Shown here piece after piece: positions 8,864 to 17,255 of a stretch of 20,912 nt of DNA. Position numbers and translations under genes: made by a program. The stretch comes from Myxococcota bacterium (lineage in GTDB: Bacteria > Myxococcota > UBA4151). The notes beneath the pieces were generated by a model. It was given only the letters and a program-made list of their open reading frames with translations, did not search any database and was not told where the DNA came from. The stretch is from contig JBDQPD010000059.1 in assembly GCA_040260805.1 (NCBI GenBank), positions 1 to 20,912 of the forward strand, written 5' to 3'. Every line of letters begins with the position of its first letter. Within the stretch, counting starts at the first letter, position 1.

Positions 8864-9759
8864 CCGATCCGGCTCATGATGCGGCTCTGGTTTGGGCACT
8901 TGGAACGCGCGGTAGCGTCGAGCATCTAGAGCAGCTTGACCCCGAGCGGGCCGACCGTCTTCGTCAACCGCTTCAGAAGGTTCTTGATCTGTCGCGTGAC
9001 CAGCGGATCGCCTTTGCTGGTCGCGAAGCCCAACGCCTGAGCGCGTCTCGTCTTCGGCGCGGGTTAGAGGGAATTGATCCGTCGTGGATCGTCGAGGCTT
9101 TACGCGGTGAAGAGCCGCACTTAGTCGCCGTTGCTCTCGTCTTTTTACCGACACCTGTACGACGCACGGTCACCAAGTTGCTGCCGCGCAAAGTGCGCGA
9201 GGCGATGCCAGGTCGTAAAGCATTAGAGAACGTCGAGCAGGTCTGGCTCGTTCGCTGTCGCGATGTTCTGGATCGCCGGATACAAGCCCTGCTGCCTGAT
9301 TTGCAACGAGGGGCGCAGATTGATGTCGCTGGACTCGAGCACCGCCTGCGCGAGCTGGGGCGACTCGAAGCCGCCTTGGGGCTTTATCGGGTCGGGCGTA
9401 CCGCATTGGCGCGTTTTGTTGCCAATATGGAGCCTGGAGATCGACCGGCTGTCCAAGAGGAGCTCAAAGCAGCTGATGCGATCCCAGATGTTCGCCTCGA
9501 GCGAGCGGAGCGATTTTGGGGTCGTGGCGCAGGCGTGGATCAAAAAACCGATGATCTGCATTTGCGGGCTGGTCTTTGGCAGCTCGCGCATGTCCTGATC
9601 GTCGATCATTATTCCTCGCATTTGCGCAGTTACTTTCTCTATCTGCCGCGCCGCTGGGTTCAAGAGCTCGAGCTCATGGCGGACAAGGTACGTGAGCCAG
9701 AAGAGGGCTTCGCTGAGCAGCTGCTGGCGAGTCTTAATCTGCTGCCTGAGGGTGGCTGA
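8860..9759 (+). CDS. FliG-like / SctK-position T3SS cytoplasmic protein
   Basis: Lies between sctJ and sctL, coupled by GTGA and TGATG overlaps. LRGEEPHLVAVALVFL resembles the FliG middle-domain EHPQxIALIL motif. Mostly helical. Confidence 0.6.
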   Translation: MTDPAHDAALVWALGTRGSVEHLEQLDPERADRLRQPLQKVLDLSRDQRIAFAGREAQRLSASRLRRGLEGIDPSWIVEALRGEEPHLVAVALVFLPTPVRRTVTKLLPRKVREAMPGRKALENVEQVWLVRCRDVLDRRIQALLPDLQRGAQIDVAGLEHRLRELGRLEAALGLYRVGRTALARFVANMEPGDRPAVQEELKAADAIPDVRLERAERFWGRGAGVDQKTDDLHLRAGLWQLAHVLIVDHYSSHLRSYFLYLPRRWVQELELMADKVREPEEGFAEQLLASLNLLPEGG

Positions 9760-10295
9760 TGGCACGAATAATTAAAGCGGCTAAGAGCGATGCTGAGCCT
9801 GGACGAGCGAAGGTGTCGAGGCGCGTAGAAGACGCAGAACACCAAGCATCTGATTCAGTCCGAACTGCCGGCGACGAGGGTTATAATCTGGGACGCTTAG
9901 ATGCTGCTGAGCTTGTGCGTCGAGTCGACGCGCTTGAGGAAGAACTCGTCGAACAAACCGATCGCCGAGTTCAGGGCGCAGCCCAGTCGCTCGTCGAAGA
10001 AATTTTACGGCGAGAGGTGTCCGATCCCGATGGGTTTTTAGACATGATTCGGCACAGCTTGCGCGCCATGCGTCGTGGGCGAGAGATCTTCCTGCGCGTC
10101 CACCCTGATCGAGCTAAGCATCTGCAGGACCACCGAGACAGTTTGGTCGCTGTTTTGGGGCGAGCAAGAACGATCGAGATTCGTGAAGACATCTCGTTGA
10201 GCCGGGACGGTTGCGTCGTCGAGACTGACGCAGGCGTTCTGGACGTCGGTCTAGAGACTCAATTGGGCGCCCTTTTTGAAGGGATGGACCGATGA
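9759..10295 (+). CDS. sctL: Type III secretion stator protein (SctL/YscL/FliH family)
   Basis: MARIIK start, AxxxGxxxG (AGDEGYNLG), C-terminal FliH-type LRVHPD...IREDISLSRDGCVVETDAGVLD. Confidence 0.85.
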   Translation: MARIIKAAKSDAEPGRAKVSRRVEDAEHQASDSVRTAGDEGYNLGRLDAAELVRRVDALEEELVEQTDRRVQGAAQSLVEEILRREVSDPDGFLDMIRHSLRAMRRGREIFLRVHPDRAKHLQDHRDSLVAVLGRARTIEIREDISLSRDGCVVETDAGVLDVGLETQLGALFEGMDR

Positions 10296-12133
10296 GTTAC
10301 CGCAGGAGTCGGATCATCCGTCGCCAGGACGTCGTCGAGGGTGAACGTCTTGACGTGCTGCGCTCGCGCGCCATCGACAGGGCGCGAACGATTTTGGAGC
10401 GGGCTGAGGACAGCGCTCATCAAGCGAGGCAGCAGCGGCGGGTTGAGGGTGCGCGTGATGCAGAAATCGAGGCAGGGCTTCGCCTGCTCGCTGCGTTGAG
10501 ACAGCGTGACGCCACGCTCAAATCGAGCCTCGTGACCCTTGAGCACATTCTGCATGAGGCGCTGAAACGTGTGGTTGGGCGTGAGGAGTTGAGCAGCAGC
10601 GCGACCGATTCGCTGAGCGCTCGGCTTGAAGCTTTGCGTCAACGCGACGCGGCTCAACTCACTTACCCAAAGGGCGACAAACCCAATGAAGAGCCTTGGT
10701 TTAGTGCAAAGACTGGCAAGGGATGGCGTGTCGCCTTTAACGATGTAGATTTGGATCTCGGTGAGTCCTTTAGCGCTTCGGTATTGTCCGAGGACTCAAG
10801 CGCCTTTCAAACCGGTTTACCGCGCCTAGCCGATGTGGTGCGTACGGCACGCCCGGTCCGGCTGCGTGGCGCTGTGCACGAGCTGACTGGACTCGTCTTG
10901 CAAGCCTCAGTCACCGGCGTTCGCATCGGTGAGATCTGCGAGGTCAGCGATCCAGACTCAGGCCGCGTCATCACCTGTGAGGTGGTCGGCTTTCGTGGCA
11001 ATCTGGTGATGTTGATGCCTCTGGGTGAGGCCTCAGGTATCGGTCCGGATTCAGAGGTTGTTCCGACGGGTCGGCCCCTTGAAGTGCGTGCCGGCTGGGG
11101 TTTGCTCGGCCGTGTGCTCGATGGTCTAGGTCGCCCGATGGATGGTGGCCCTGCGCTTGAAACCGTCGAAGATTTAGAACCGTGGTCGATTGATCGTACC
11201 GCGCCAGACCCATTGACACGTGAGCGGGTGAGTAAGCCGATTTCGATGGGCGTGCGCGCCATCGATGGAATGCTGACAGTCGGTGAGGGGCAGCGCATCG
11301 GTGTCTTCGCAGGGTCGGGCGTCGGTAAGTCGACGCTGATGGGACAGATCGCACGCAATACCGAGGCTGAAGTGGTGGTCGTGTGCTTGATCGGTGAACG
11401 TGGTCGAGAGGTACGCGATTTCATTGAAGAGAGTTTGGGTGAAGAGGGGATGAAGAAGTCGGTCGTGGTCTGCGCGACCTCGGATCAACCCTCTTTAGTG
11501 CGTCTCAAATCCGCCTTCGTCGCCACCGCTATTGCTGAGTGGTTCCGAGACCAAGGCGCCAAAGTCTTGTTTATGATGGACAGCTCAACCCGCTTCGCTC
11601 GCGCGCAACGAGAGATCGGTTTGGCTCTTGGCGAGCCTCCCGCACGACAGGGCTATCCACCCTCAGTCTTTGCGCAGATACCGCGCTTGATGGAGCGAAC
11701 CGGCAACTCGGCGCGAGGCTCGATCACGGCGCTGTACACCGTGCTGGTTCAAGCCAGTGATATGGAAGAGCCGATCGCCGATGAAGTGCGCGGTATTCTC
11801 GATGGACACATCATCCTTAATCGTGACCTCGGAGCGCGCAACCATTGGCCGGCGATCGATATTCTGCCGTCGCTCAGTCGAGTGATGAATGGCATTATCG
11901 ATCAGGACCATCGAAGCGCTGCGTCGGTGCTAAGAGAAGTTCTTGCTGCTTATGACAAGCAGCGTGATCTGATCTTATTGGGTGCTTATGAGTATGGTTC
12001 TGATGACGCCACCGACTATGCTATTGATCGAATCGAAGAGGTCGAGACCTTCTTGAGGCAAAGCACAGAAGAATCACAAGATCTTGAGCGAACCCGCGAA
12101 GAATTGGTCGCCCTCTTCTCAGATCGAGTCTGA
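10292..12133 (+). CDS. sctN: Type III secretion ATPase (SctN/YscN/FliI family) with ~175-aa SctL/FliH-like N-terminal extension
   Basis: Walker A AGSGVGKST, LIGERGREV, MDSSTRFARAQREIGL, GYPPSVF, DEVRGILDGHIIL, WPAIDILPSLSRVM, LLGAYEYGSD. 613 aa versus about 440 for typical SctN. Confidence 0.93.
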   Translation: MSYRRSRIIRRQDVVEGERLDVLRSRAIDRARTILERAEDSAHQARQQRRVEGARDAEIEAGLRLLAALRQRDATLKSSLVTLEHILHEALKRVVGREELSSSATDSLSARLEALRQRDAAQLTYPKGDKPNEEPWFSAKTGKGWRVAFNDVDLDLGESFSASVLSEDSSAFQTGLPRLADVVRTARPVRLRGAVHELTGLVLQASVTGVRIGEICEVSDPDSGRVITCEVVGFRGNLVMLMPLGEASGIGPDSEVVPTGRPLEVRAGWGLLGRVLDGLGRPMDGGPALETVEDLEPWSIDRTAPDPLTRERVSKPISMGVRAIDGMLTVGEGQRIGVFAGSGVGKSTLMGQIARNTEAEVVVVCLIGERGREVRDFIEESLGEEGMKKSVVVCATSDQPSLVRLKSAFVATAIAEWFRDQGAKVLFMMDSSTRFARAQREIGLALGEPPARQGYPPSVFAQIPRLMERTGNSARGSITALYTVLVQASDMEEPIADEVRGILDGHIILNRDLGARNHWPAIDILPSLSRVMNGIIDQDHRSAASVLREVLAAYDKQRDLILLGAYEYGSDDATDYAIDRIEEVETFLRQSTEESQDLERTREELVALFSDRV

Positions 12134-12134
12134 A

Positions 12135-12611
12135 ATGGCTGAGGCTTATCGTTTAGCCGCATTACTCAAGCTTCGTGAGCGCGCTCGTGAGGAAGCTGAG
12201 CATGAGCTCGCCAGGACGCAATCGGCGCAGACCAAGGCGGAGCAACAGCTCGAGGCGACGCAGCGGTTTGAGGCCGCGTGCCGAGCGAAGGTCGAAGAAG
12301 CCCGAGATCAGCTCTACGCTGGAGACAACCTGACCATTGGCTTGATCCAGACTCGAGAACAGTTCTTGAAGCGCCTGGTGGCAGAGCATGAGGACGCTCA
12401 AGGTGAAGTGTCTCAAGCTGAGCAAAACGTCGCTCAAGCCAAAGAGCATGTGCGGGTTGCTAACGAGGCTTTGATCCAAGCGAAGCAAGATGAGGAAGCC
12501 TTGATCAAGCACCGAGACAAATGGGAAAAAGAGCAAAAGACGATCAAGCGTCGCCGAGAAGAGGACGAAGCCGACGATATCGCCCAGACCATGTGGCGAA
12601 ACAAGTCATGA
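12135..12611 (+). CDS. sctO: Type III secretion stalk protein (SctO/YscO/FliJ family)
   Basis: Directly after the ATPase; MAEAYRLAALLKLRERAREEAE start, full-length coiled coil, ALIKHRDKW..RREEDEADD end. ATG at 12135 preferred over the track start at 12084. Confidence 0.82.
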   Translation: MAEAYRLAALLKLRERAREEAEHELARTQSAQTKAEQQLEATQRFEAACRAKVEEARDQLYAGDNLTIGLIQTREQFLKRLVAEHEDAQGEVSQAEQNVAQAKEHVRVANEALIQAKQDEEALIKHRDKWEKEQKTIKRRREEDEADDIAQTMWRNKS

Positions 12612-12850
12612 GACGGGCTTGTTGGCTTATGCTCTTATGCAGCTGCCGCTGCGGCTCGATTGAGACCACGGTGCTGACGGACCCTGGAGTCAGCGAAGCG
12701 GGTCCAACGGTCGATTTACCCGGTTCAGTGCAAGCACCGCTTCCTAAGTTGGATCAGTTGATCGCTGATGAGGCGAGCGTTGAACGCAATGTTCTCAAGC
12801 TAAAGGGTCTGGGCTTAGGCGCCCTGATCGACGCTGGACCAACACCCTAG
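12608..12850 (+). CDS. Small (80 aa) putative lipoprotein at the end of the T3SS operon
   Basis: ATGA overlap with the sctO stop. MRRACWLMLLCS-C lipobox-like N-terminus, then a Pro-rich segment. 3' end overlaps convergent prmC by 36 nt. Confidence 0.5.
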   Translation: MRRACWLMLLCSCRCGSIETTVLTDPGVSEAGPTVDLPGSVQAPLPKLDQLIADEASVERNVLKLKGLGLGALIDAGPTP

Positions 12851-13687
12851 CGTGACCCGTTCGCGCTGACCTAAATCGCGCCGGCTCTCGACTGAGGAAA
12901 ATCCTCGCTCCGTCATCAGGCGCCGGACCCGCTCGCCTTGGGTGTGACCGTGCTCGATGAGCAACCAGCCCTTAGCGCTCAGATGCTTCGGCGCTTGGGC
13001 AACGATTTGACGAATGAGCTGGAGTCCGTCTTCGCCTGAAAATAAAGCAAGGCTTGGGTCGTGTAACTTGACCTCTGGGTCCAAACCCTCGCGCTCCGAC
13101 TCGCCAATGTAGGGGGGGTTGGTCACGATCACATCGAAGCTTTGGTCCAGCCTAGAAAAGACGTCAGATTCAAGCCAGGTGATCGGTTGGTCGGGCAGAC
13201 AGTGCTGCCCATTGCGCCGAGCGACCTCAAGCGCCTCATGGCTGATATCGGTTGCGACCACCGACCAATCGGGTCGCTCTGCAGCGAGACTGATCGCCAG
13301 ACACCCGCTGCCCGTGCACAAATCAAGCACTTGCGCAGCGGCTGGAACCTCAAGTTTCAAACCGAGCTCAACGAGCAGCTCAGAGTCGCTTCGGGGCGAG
13401 AGCACGTCAGGTGTCACCAGGAAGTCGTGATTCCAGAATCCTTTGCTCCCGATAATCTTACTCACGGGCTCGCGGCGCCCTCGTCGCTGCAGCAGCGGGC
13501 GAAAGGCAGCGAGTTCATGTTCGGCGAGTGGACGATCCGTCTGTAGATAAAGGTCTAGGCGCTTCATCCCAAGCGCCTTTGCCAGCAGCGTGCCCGCATC
13601 GACTTTGGGTTGGTCCACCCCTCGCTGGGTAAGCCATTCCTCGCTCACTTTGAGGATCGAGCCGATCGTATGCGTCACAGCGTTCAC
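12815..13687 (-). CDS. prmC: Release factor glutamine N5-methyltransferase
   Basis: RRGRREPVSKIIG, VTPDVLSPRSDSELLV, SAM motif VLDLCTGSGC, catalytic NPPY, LFSGEDGL, DLGQRER. Confidence 0.95.
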   Translation of the reverse strand: MNAVTHTIGSILKVSEEWLTQRGVDQPKVDAGTLLAKALGMKRLDLYLQTDRPLAEHELAAFRPLLQRRGRREPVSKIIGSKGFWNHDFLVTPDVLSPRSDSELLVELGLKLEVPAAAQVLDLCTGSGCLAISLAAERPDWSVVATDISHEALEVARRNGQHCLPDQPITWLESDVFSRLDQSFDVIVTNPPYIGESEREGLDPEVKLHDPSLALFSGEDGLQLIRQIVAQAPKHLSAKGWLLIEHGHTQGERVRRLMTERGFSSVESRRDLGQRERVTLGCWSSVDQGA

Positions 13688-15048
13688 GGCTCAAGCACTT
13701 TGCCTGGATTGAACAATCCAGCGGGATCCATTGCCGATTTGAGCCGGCGCTCTAAGCCCATACGCGCCGCGCCCGCTTCCCAGGGTAGAGCATGTCGCTT
13801 CGCTAAGCCGACGCCGTGCTCGCCTGTGATCGTACCGTCCAGTCGCAACGCAATTCGAAAGATCTCATCTTGTAAGGTCTCAACATCCGCACGCTGAGTC
13901 TCGTCATCAAAGAGAATATTGACGTGCAAGTTCCCATCGCCGGCGTGCCCATAGGTAGCGACCTCAAAGGGGGTCTTTTGAGCCGCCTCACGCATGGCGT
14001 TAACCGCGTCATTGAGTCGTCCCCTTGGGACCGCAACATCTTCGCTGACTTTCAGATTGCGGCGTTCCGCCAATGCGACCGATAAGTCGCGCCTTGGCGC
14101 CCAGATTCGTTCGCGATGCGTCTCGGTTTGAGCAACCAGTACATCCAGAGCACCTGCTGCTTGGGTGAGCGTGACGAGCTCATCGAGAGACTGCTCTTCC
14201 GATCCATCGGTTTCGATAATCAAGGCAGCTTGGCAGCCCTCAGGCAGGGCATGGCGGCTCTGTTTTGCGATGGTGTCGCAGCTGATCTCATCGAGCAGCT
14301 CAGCGCAGCGTGGCATCAAGCCTGTTTGAAACAGGGCGCTGACTGAGGCGACCGCTGCTGCGGTGCTGTCAAAGGTGAGCAGAGCGGTTTGAACGTGAGC
14401 AGGTCTAGCGATCAAGCGCATGGTCAATTCGGTGATCAGCCCAAAGGTCCCTTCTGAACCGAGCATCAGGCCCGACAGGTTGCTTCCCGCTACCGATTTG
14501 ATGGTCGCCGCGCCGGTTGTGATCACCTCGCCTTGAGCGCCCACCATCGTCAATCCGAGCAGGTAGTGACCGGTCAACCCATACTTCACCGCTCTGGGCC
14601 CGCCTGCATTCGTCGCCACATTACCGCCGATGGAACTGATCGCTAAACTGTTCGGATCTGGCGGATAAAATAGGCCATGCTCAGCCGCACAGTGATCCAA
14701 GTCTGCCGCTAAGGTGCCCGCAGGACTTTGGACCACGAGATCGTCTGATCTAGCGACCGGTGGACCCACTAAAAGCTCGGTGGTGATCACCACAGAGTCC
14801 TGTGTTGGAATGCACCCTCCAGCCTTGCCGGTGCCTGCGCCCCTAAGGGTCATCATCACCCCTTGGCGGTATAAGAACTCGATCAGCTGAGCGGCTTGTT
14901 CGGTTGAATTGGGTCGAACGACCAGCGGCGGGACGTGAGGCGTAAGCCCACTCCAGTCACCAGCGTATTGGGCGCATCGCTCTGGGTCTTCGACCACCCC
15001 GCGCTCGCCGAGCAGCTGCCGGAGCTCTGAAGCGAGCGAGGCGTTCAC
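13684..15048 (-). CDS. FAD-linked oxidase, glycolate oxidase GlcD / D-lactate dehydrogenase family
   Basis: RGAGTGKAGG, FYPPDPNS, SIGGNVATNAGGPRAVKYG, GSEGTFG, GHAGDGNLHVN, ITGEHGVG, DPAGLFNPGK. Confidence 0.9.
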   Translation of the reverse strand: MNASLASELRQLLGERGVVEDPERCAQYAGDWSGLTPHVPPLVVRPNSTEQAAQLIEFLYRQGVMMTLRGAGTGKAGGCIPTQDSVVITTELLVGPPVARSDDLVVQSPAGTLAADLDHCAAEHGLFYPPDPNSLAISSIGGNVATNAGGPRAVKYGLTGHYLLGLTMVGAQGEVITTGAATIKSVAGSNLSGLMLGSEGTFGLITELTMRLIARPAHVQTALLTFDSTAAAVASVSALFQTGLMPRCAELLDEISCDTIAKQSRHALPEGCQAALIIETDGSEEQSLDELVTLTQAAGALDVLVAQTETHRERIWAPRRDLSVALAERRNLKVSEDVAVPRGRLNDAVNAMREAAQKTPFEVATYGHAGDGNLHVNILFDDETQRADVETLQDEIFRIALRLDGTITGEHGVGLAKRHALPWEAGAARMGLERRLKSAMDPAGLFNPGKVLEP

Positions 15049-15710
15049 GGGCTGCCGTCACGAAAGACTCTGGCGTTCACCTCAAGCAGTAAGACGCCAT
15101 CGACGATTCGGGGCTCACTGCTGGAGATTGGAAGGATTTGACCCGAGCCGCGGCTTTGGCGGGCGATGCGCTCAAGGGCGTTGAGTCGAGCGCGTTGCAC
15201 ATGGGCTGCGGTCGGCTTGAGCTTGCCCAGCATCACCTTGCCTGTCGCCATCGCCGCAGTTCCACCCGGGTTGGGTACACGAAGCGTAATCGTCGCTACG
15301 TTTAAGCCTAAGACTTGGCTGCGTACGATCGTGTGCGGCGGTAAGGATTGAGGGCTCTGCGGCAAGAGCAGGAGCTTGTTTTCGCCGGTTAGAGCAAATC
15401 GAAAGCCACTCATCGCTTGCCCTAACCCCTTGCGCGCTCGAGCATCCTCAGGTCGCAGGGGTCGCGCCTTGGCTGGGACGGCCGCGTAGCCTTTGGCGAC
15501 AAGCGCTAACGCTTGATGAGCTTCATTGGCGAGCTTGGCTTCGGGCGGTTTAGCCTTTGCCGTTTGGGCGTCGTTGGGTGCCTTAGCCGCTTGGATCGGG
15601 ACCACCCCTGCGCCCGCATCAGCAGGCGCAACGGTTTGGGTTCGCTCAGAGCAGCTCTTGCAGCCCGATAGCGCCAAGCAGATCAGCGCAGCATGGAGCG
15701 TGCGCATCAT
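15045..15710 (-). CDS. Hypothetical lipoprotein
   Basis: Signal peptide with LSG-C lipobox; GTGA overlap with the downstream oxidase; GAGGA RBS. Confidence 0.7.
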   Translation of the reverse strand: MMRTLHAALICLALSGCKSCSERTQTVAPADAGAGVVPIQAAKAPNDAQTAKAKPPEAKLANEAHQALALVAKGYAAVPAKARPLRPEDARARKGLGQAMSGFRFALTGENKLLLLPQSPQSLPPHTIVRSQVLGLNVATITLRVPNPGGTAAMATGKVMLGKLKPTAAHVQRARLNALERIARQSRGSGQILPISSSEPRIVDGVLLLEVNARVFRDGSP

Positions 15711-15721
15711 AGAGTCCTCGC

Positions 15722-16723
15722 TTACTTGTCGTCAGGGTTTTGGGGTGCGGGTTCCGGAGCGGGCGCTGGAGCGGGCGCTGGAGCCGGGGCAGGCGCCGGA
15801 GGTGCTGCCGCTGGTGCAGCGCGCTGAGGAATCGGCAGGGCGATGGGTGCCTTGCGTAGCCTGTCGAGTGAGCCAGCTTGACGAAACTTCGTGCTGGGCT
15901 GGACGAGGGTGCTCGCCTTCGGCTGCTTCTTTTGGCGCAGCGGGATGCGCCACCAGACCGAAACCTGCGGCAAGAAATCGGCGTCGGGGCGGCCTTCAGG
16001 GGCGACCCGGTTTTGCGGGATCCAGAGCGGGTTGTATAAAATGGCGACGCCGACACGCGTCGATTTTCCGATGGCTCGCAGATACTCCATCTTACCCGTC
16101 ATCGTAGTCAGCGGTTGCAGCTCCACGCCGTTGTCGAGTTGAGTGGCTCCCACGGGGACGGTGTAATGAAACTGCATCGCCACTGCGCTGTAGTCGTCGA
16201 TGACCATCAAATAATCAAAATCGATCCACGGCTGATTGACCCCGAAGCGTAAGATGTCTTCCGCTTCGGCTTGACGCATCAGATTAATGCCTTTGACGGC
16301 GTTGCGATAACCCGGAGTGATCGAGAAAAATTTACCACGGCTTAGCTTGATGGTGACCGGCGCAGACACACCTAGAATCGTGTAGTCCTCGTTTTGACCG
16401 TCAAAGTCTGGGGCGTACACCAGCTCAGGCGCGAGCGAGACGATTAGTCCCGGGTTGTTGACCAGCGCCATTTTGATACGAAGGTTGGTCACGCCGACTA
16501 AGTTCAGCAGTAACGAACTTTCCACCGTGACGTCATCGGTTAGACCAAAGGCAAAGTTCCGCCGCGTCATCTGAGGCGAGAAATAGCTCGCAACGATCGG
16601 GAACAAGAGGTCATCTTTTTTCAGCGTGCCTGCCGAGTTATACACAAAGGGCTTTTCGTAGTCGAACGCCGGTCCGACTTGGGGAGCAGCCAGCATCAAA
16701 GCAGCAAGAAATGTGGGCGTCAT
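15722..16723 (-). CDS. Hypothetical exported protein, possible outer-membrane beta-barrel, with Pro-Ala C-terminal tail
   Basis: Hydrophobic N-terminus, amphipathic beta-like segments ending in QVSVWWR, then a basic linker and PAPAPA tail; GGAG RBS. Confidence 0.7.
   Translation of the reverse strand: MTPTFLAALMLAAPQVGPAFDYEKPFVYNSAGTLKKDDLLFPIVASYFSPQMTRRNFAFGLTDDVTVESSLLLNLVGVTNLRIKMALVNNPGLIVSLAPELVYAPDFDGQNEDYTILGVSAPVTIKLSRGKFFSITPGYRNAVKGINLMRQAEAEDILRFGVNQPWIDFDYLMVIDDYSAVAMQFHYTVPVGATQLDNGVELQPLTTMTGKMEYLRAIGKSTRVGVAILYNPLWIPQNRVAPEGRPDADFLPQVSVWWRIPLRQKKQPKASTLVQPSTKFRQAGSLDRLRKAPIALPIPQRAAPAAAPPAPAPAPAPAPAPAPEPAPQNPDDK
15744..15802. repeat. Coding low-complexity tandem repeat (GGAGCGGGCGCT x2 plus degenerate copies) encoding PAPAPAPAPAPAPEPAP
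   Basis: Exact 12-mers at 15756-15767 and 15768-15779 with degenerate flanking copies. Confidence 0.8.
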
Positions 16724-16802
16724 GACAAGTTCTCCATGACGCTACGCTAGCAGCGGCGGCGGTGTCGTGGAAAGCCTAGAATACGGACCCGCTTAAAGGC
16801 GC

Positions 16803-16837
16803 AAAAACGACGAAACCCGCCGACAGGGCGGGTCTCG
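16803..16837 (-). terminator. Intrinsic terminator downstream of rpsI
   Basis: Minus strand CGAGACCCGCC-CTGTC-GGCGGGTTTCG followed by TCGTTTTT, about 25 nt after the rpsI stop. Confidence 0.7.
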
Positions 16838-16861
16838 ATCGGACATCCAGTCGGTGAGCGT

Positions 16862-17251
16862 CTAGCGCTTGCTGAACTGGAACTTCTTACGGGCGCCAGG
16901 CTGACCGTACTTCTTGCGCTCGACCATGCGAGCATCACGAGTCAGATGACCCGCCTTTTTCAGTGCCGGTCGGAAGGTGTCCGCATCGATGCTGTTCAGA
17001 GCTCGTGCGATGCCATGGCGTAGTGCGCCGGCTTGTCCGCTCTTACCACCACCATCGCAGCGAGCGACGACGTCATACTTCTCCGAGGTCTCGGTGACCG
17101 CGAAGGGCTGGTTGAGGATCAACAGGTGCACGGCACGACCGAAGTATTGGTTGGCGGGCAGTCCATTGACCGTCACCTTACCCGAACCAGGGCTAAGGTA
17201 GACACGAGCGGTGGCGGTCTTGCGGCGACCGGTGGCGTAAATACGTGACAT
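16862..17251 (-). CDS. rpsI: 30S ribosomal protein S9
   Basis: [59 protein letters not shown] at 17251. Confidence 0.98.
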   Translation of the reverse strand: MSRIYATGRRKTATARVYLSPGSGKVTVNGLPANQYFGRAVHLLILNQPFAVTETSEKYDVVARCDGGGKSGQAGALRHGIARALNSIDADTFRPALKKAGHLTRDARMVERKKYGQPGARKKFQFSKR

Positions 17252-17255
17252 AGAC

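Noticed and set aside
9223..11424. Long minus-strand ORFs within the T3SS operon (9223..9765, 10259..10657, 10807..11424)
   Set aside because: Antisense shadows of well-supported genes, common in GC-rich DNA.
8081..12611. Reading the cluster as a flagellar fliFGHIJ operon or an F/V-type ATP synthase
   Set aside because: The ring protein is a short lipoprotein of SctJ type rather than a ~550-aa two-TM FliF; ATPase motifs are of the SctN/FliI type; no flagellar or atp genes are in the window.
15744..15802. Tandem repeat as CRISPR or contingency locus
   Set aside because: In-frame Pro-Ala coding repeat with synonymous variation; no spacers or cas genes.
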